Under the pieces are notes generated by a model that was not told where the DNA came from, made no database searches, and was given only the letters and a program-made list of their open reading frames with translations. From Takakia lepidozioides (taxonomy: Eukaryota > Plantae > Bryophyta): a stretch of DNA of 64,000 bases. The position numbers and the translations under genes are program-made. Positions 59,901 to 64,000 of the stretch are shown here, piece after piece. Position 1 is the stretch's first letter; each line of letters opens with the position of its first letter. The stretch spans positions 16,182,001-16,246,000 of the forward strand of contig CM060731.1 in the NCBI GenBank assembly GCA_030704615.1, read 5' to 3'.

Positions 59901-62900
59901 AAATAGCAGGCCTCCTCGTAGCTAGTCAAAATTTGTCACGTCGGAATTATCCTTATCTCAGTGCAATACGCTCATATACCCTGGCCCTGGTTTGTATGGA
60001 GAGAATGAGAGACCTTGGGATGGGCTCCACATATAATTGAGGTGATCACTGCCTTGGGTAGTATCTGCTGGCTGTCTGATGTAACCCCAGCAGAGATCCT
60101 CAGGGAGGCTGCAACCTCAAATAGCTTTCGAAAGTTGGGCCTCCTGGGTTTTCCAGAAGATGAGTGATGGGTAAACATTGTGGTCAAGCATTGGTGCTTC
60201 AATCTTCATGTCTCTGTTATGAGATCAAATGAGCCTGTTCTTTCAACTTTTGATGGTGGGGCAGGTGGGGGCTACCAGGAAGGCTGTGGCAATTGCCTAT
60301 GACCAACGCTGTCTCCAGGAGAACGTGGCCATTCTTGAGAAAGTGGTATGTGCCCCTAGCATTAGCATCTTGGGGCTGGTGAGGGCAATGGGTGTGCCAT
60401 AATATGTATACAATGGGACAAGAGAGGTACCAAGCACAAGTATGAATAATAGATTACCAGAGTTTAGGATGAGTGAGAAAGTGACCAAGGCTCTTTTGAC
60501 ACATCACATCCATCCTGACGTTTGATGGTTGGTCTGGTGAGGAATAGGTGACGCTGAGACATGCAATGGCACAATTGCTAGGTTATAAGAACCATGCTGA
60601 GTATGCCATTGCCATCCGCATGGCCAAGTCCCCATCAAAGGTTGTCATTCTCTCTTGCATGAGGAAGTGTTTATATGTGCTGAGAATAATTGTTGCAAGC
60701 AGATAGTAGCATGGAGACATAAATAGAGCGGTCTAGATGAGGGTCTGCTGCAAGAGCAAGGATAGAGCTAAAGATGCCCCAATTGGTGCATGCCATTGTC
60801 TGATTTGTCATAGTTTCGATGGTCTGCCTGTCAAGGTTCAAGTGTTGATATTCTTTGTTTTGTGCAGGTGATGGAATTTCTGGAGAGTATCTCAGTTCGA
60901 ATCTCAGCTCAGGCTTCAAAGGAGCTCACAAAGCTAAAAGCCCTCAAGGTTGCTGTCTATCTTTTGAATTGCGTATCTGTGTCTGCAGCAGGGCTACCTT
61001 AATTTTCATCTGTGACAGAAATACAAAGGTTATGCAAAGCAGAGGTTAAAATGCACTCATTGCTCAGTCCCTTTGAACGTTGCTATGATACCCCTTAAGG
61101 TCGTAATTCCCTTGGGGTACTAACCCCTGTGGAGCCGATATTGATTCAGCCCACTATAGTATATGGATGGAGATGTTAGTGAACATGAGAGGGGACTTAA
61201 GTATCTCTTCCCATAAGCAAGGTGGAATTTTGGGTGATTGCAGAAGGAGGAAGAAGGAGACGAACCCTTTGGGATGGCAGATTTGCGCTACTACATCTGC
61301 AAAGCGGAAGAACTGGAATTTAAGGTGGACTATGAGACCATCAAACAATACTTTCCCATGGAGGTTGTCACTTCTGGTCTTCTCCAGATTTATCAACAAA
61401 TCTTAGGTCAGCTACTGCACACCCTTCCTCCAGGGCCACTTGTTTTTGGGCTATCAGGGGCCAACGAGATTTGTAATCTTGGGGTTGAAGTTGTCTGTCA
61501 GTGTCTCTTATAGTGGAAGACGTGGACTTCCTTGATTTTGAAGTTCTTGCTGTGGGAGTGCAACGAAGGGCAAACATGTTGTGAGGTTTGTATGTGCCTG
61601 CAGAGAGAGCAAGGGAGCCACAGAGAGGTGACACATACTCATGGCAAATGACAAGTTGCTAAATAGAGGCACGGTTGGTTGGCAGGATTGAAGTTCAAGG
61701 AAGTGCCTAAACCACAGGTATGGCACCAGGAGGTACAACTGTATTCTGTGTTTGATGCAGAAACAGGAGAGCGCATGGGTTATTTTTATCTCGATCTTTA
61801 CCCCCGGTGCGTATTACTGCTCTCTTTAGAAACTGTTTTAGGGATATCTGCCAACCAGTCATCCTCTAGGGCTCTAGTTCCTCTCTGTGCTCTGCAGCAA
61901 AATCTGAAAGGAATTTCGGCAGGTCCAGACTGTGTACTTCAGTAAAACTGAATAGATTTTTGGTGTTTTGGCACAGGGATGGAAAGTACTCACATGCCTG
62001 TGTGTGCTCGTTGCAGCCTGGATGTGTCCAGAAAGATGGCACTCGTCAGGTGATAATAGACCTTCAATTTAAATACTCTTAAAGACGTAGGTCGTTGTTC
62101 TTGGTTGATCACTCTTCCAAGTTGGAAAGAGAAGAAATGAAATTGAAAATCTTGTAATTAGCTCTTATTTGTGGACATCTACAGCATGCTGCTTTGAATT
62201 AATAATGCAATTTTGCTTGTACTGTTGTGCAGTTGCCTGTGGCTGCCATGCTAGCAAACTTCACGAAGCCAACAAAGGAAAAGCCATCTCTACTAGGGCA
62301 CTCCGAAGTGGAGACCTATTTCCATGAGTTTGGACATCTGGTGAGCATCACCACACACGCACGCTGACATACTCTCTTTCTATTCCTTTGCATGCTCCAA
62401 GAAATTGTCAGTATCATAAGTATTCTGGATGACAGCTCTGTGGGGTTCCAAGTGTAGATCATATTTCTCACAGATGTTAAAGTGGGCATTGCAATGAGTA
62501 GTTGGCCTTTCTGTGTGTCTGTTACCACCGATAGTAAATGTTAGACTCAACCCAAGAGTAGAGACAAAGAGAGACAAGAAAGAATTGAAATAAACTACAA
62601 ACACTTTGACCATTGTGCTGGTAGAGTTGCATATTTTCCTGTTCATCTACAATTTTTTTGCTTCTTTCAAGAGCAAAATTTCTCACAGTACCACATCTGG
62701 TTTTGACATGCCATAACGTGTAGGGGCATAGTGCTTGCCAGCAATGGTATAAGGCCATCAAAGAGAAACATGGCACTGGTTTGTGTTTGGTCAATACCAA
62801 TGTATTTGACTGATGCTGCAGATGCATCATATTTGCAGCCGTGCACCGTTTGCTAAATTTTCTGGCTTACGCGTGGAAGATGATTTTGTCGAGGCCCCCA

Positions 62901-64000
62901 GTCAGATGTTGGAAAACTGGTAATTTGATGCTTTCCCCTCCTGAGCGGACATTTTCACTTGCTTGACTGACCATGGTCTTTGTCGATTTGGCCTTCATCC
63001 CTTCTGGGTGCAGGATTGTCACATGCATCAAAGATTCATGCTCTTACAAGCTGCAATGGTTTGAAGAGAGAATACCGGTTACAAGAGTGGTGCCAATTTA
63101 ATTTTGCAGGTGTTTGGAGAGCCAGTCATTGAAGCTAATGAGCGGCTTCTACAAGGCAAGTACTTGCTATTGATCTACCAACCAATCAGTTGGACATTGA
63201 TTGTTGTGAAACCATGAGTTTTGCTTGACGATTAATATTGAAAGGAGAGTCAAACAGGCTTTCTGCAGTTTACATCAACATACAGGGATTAGTGAACCTT
63301 GGTACTTTCTGCAGGTTAATGCTGTAAACGACATACATGATATCGTGGATTTGTGTGGCTAGGGATAACTGACAAGGTTCAGTATGTGCAGGACACAAAG
63401 CAACCTTTACCAGAAGATATTTGTGTGGCCCTACTGCAAAAGAAGCAAGCACATGCCGGCCTCCTTACAAAGCGCCAACTCCTATTTGGTCTGTCCCAAG
63501 GAAAATAAATTGCTCAGTTTTGCATGTTCCTTCAGAAGATATTTTTTGTAGCTTTGCACTCTGAATTTTGGTTTTTCTTTGACAGGAATGCTTACAGCCT
63601 ATTTGACTCAAATTTCTCTACACGGAAAAAACTGATCTAGCCCTGCCTGCATCCCCATCAGATTGGTCACGGTGGTTCAAATGTTGGGCCACGTGAAGGC
63701 TTCTGAGAGGCAATGGTGGGTTCTGTACAGGGCTTTTTGACCAGGCTATTCATATGCGAGATAAAGTAGACACTGCTGCCGTACTCGAAGAGCTAATCCC
63801 ACAGGTAATGCTTTCAGCAATATTTGGAGCAAGAGTTTGCAAAATAACAAGGAGCACATGTGGTGGGAATAATCTACGTCTTACCTCGATTTTCTTCGGT
63901 GCCAGTGCCTTGCTCCTCGATATAGCTTTGATGTGTTTTGTAGTTAGATACTAGATACTCAACAAAGATCTCCTGGCCTGCCCATATGGTAAGGGATTCC
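56971..64000 (+). CDS. M3A thimet-oligopeptidase-like zinc metallopeptidase (multi-exon, 3' end outside window)
   Basis: [56 protein letters not shown], zinc motif YFHEFGH (62323-62337), [13 protein letters not shown]; N-terminal hydrophobic anchor. Confidence 0.95.
59704..59931. repeat. Two adjacent long inverted repeats inside an oligopeptidase intron
   Basis: ~41-bp arms 59704-59744 / 59772-59811; perfect 17-bp arms 59854-59870 / 59906-59922 with imperfect extension. Confidence 0.8.

Overview
Eukaryotic, intron-rich land-plant-type DNA (CASP-like, PLS-PPR and plant MED30 homologues; a non-flowering lineage is my guess). Five host genes are present: the 3' end of a WDR11-like WD40 gene, a CASP-like gene, MED30, a plant multi-pass membrane protein and a thimet/M3 oligopeptidase. 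Two nested transposon clusters lie among them. Cluster 1 (3.35-26.6 kb) is an L1/Tx1-like LINE interrupted by a 737-bp TIR element and a 9.6-kb Ty3/Gypsy element, and cut off by a CACTA element carrying PPR debris. The Gypsy encodes a C5-cytosine methyltransferase between protease and RT and a PHD finger after integrase. In place of two LTRs it has split direct repeats (B-internal-A-B-A) with a palindromic CA-gc-TG junction and no tRNA PBS. Cluster 2 (29.7-47.1 kb) is a piggyBac-like element (TTAA, DDE fragment, related MITE nearby) interrupted by a ~10.4-kb element. That insert holds a spliced ParB-like + beta-class DNA amino-methyltransferase gene, 27 x 116-bp units each with a 40-bp hairpin whose loop is flipped in 4 copies, and a divergent SWIM-finger transposase-like gene. 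These two methyltransferase-carrying elements are the most novel items. Both copies appear pseudogenised. All family assignments come from motif recognition by eye, with no database searches.
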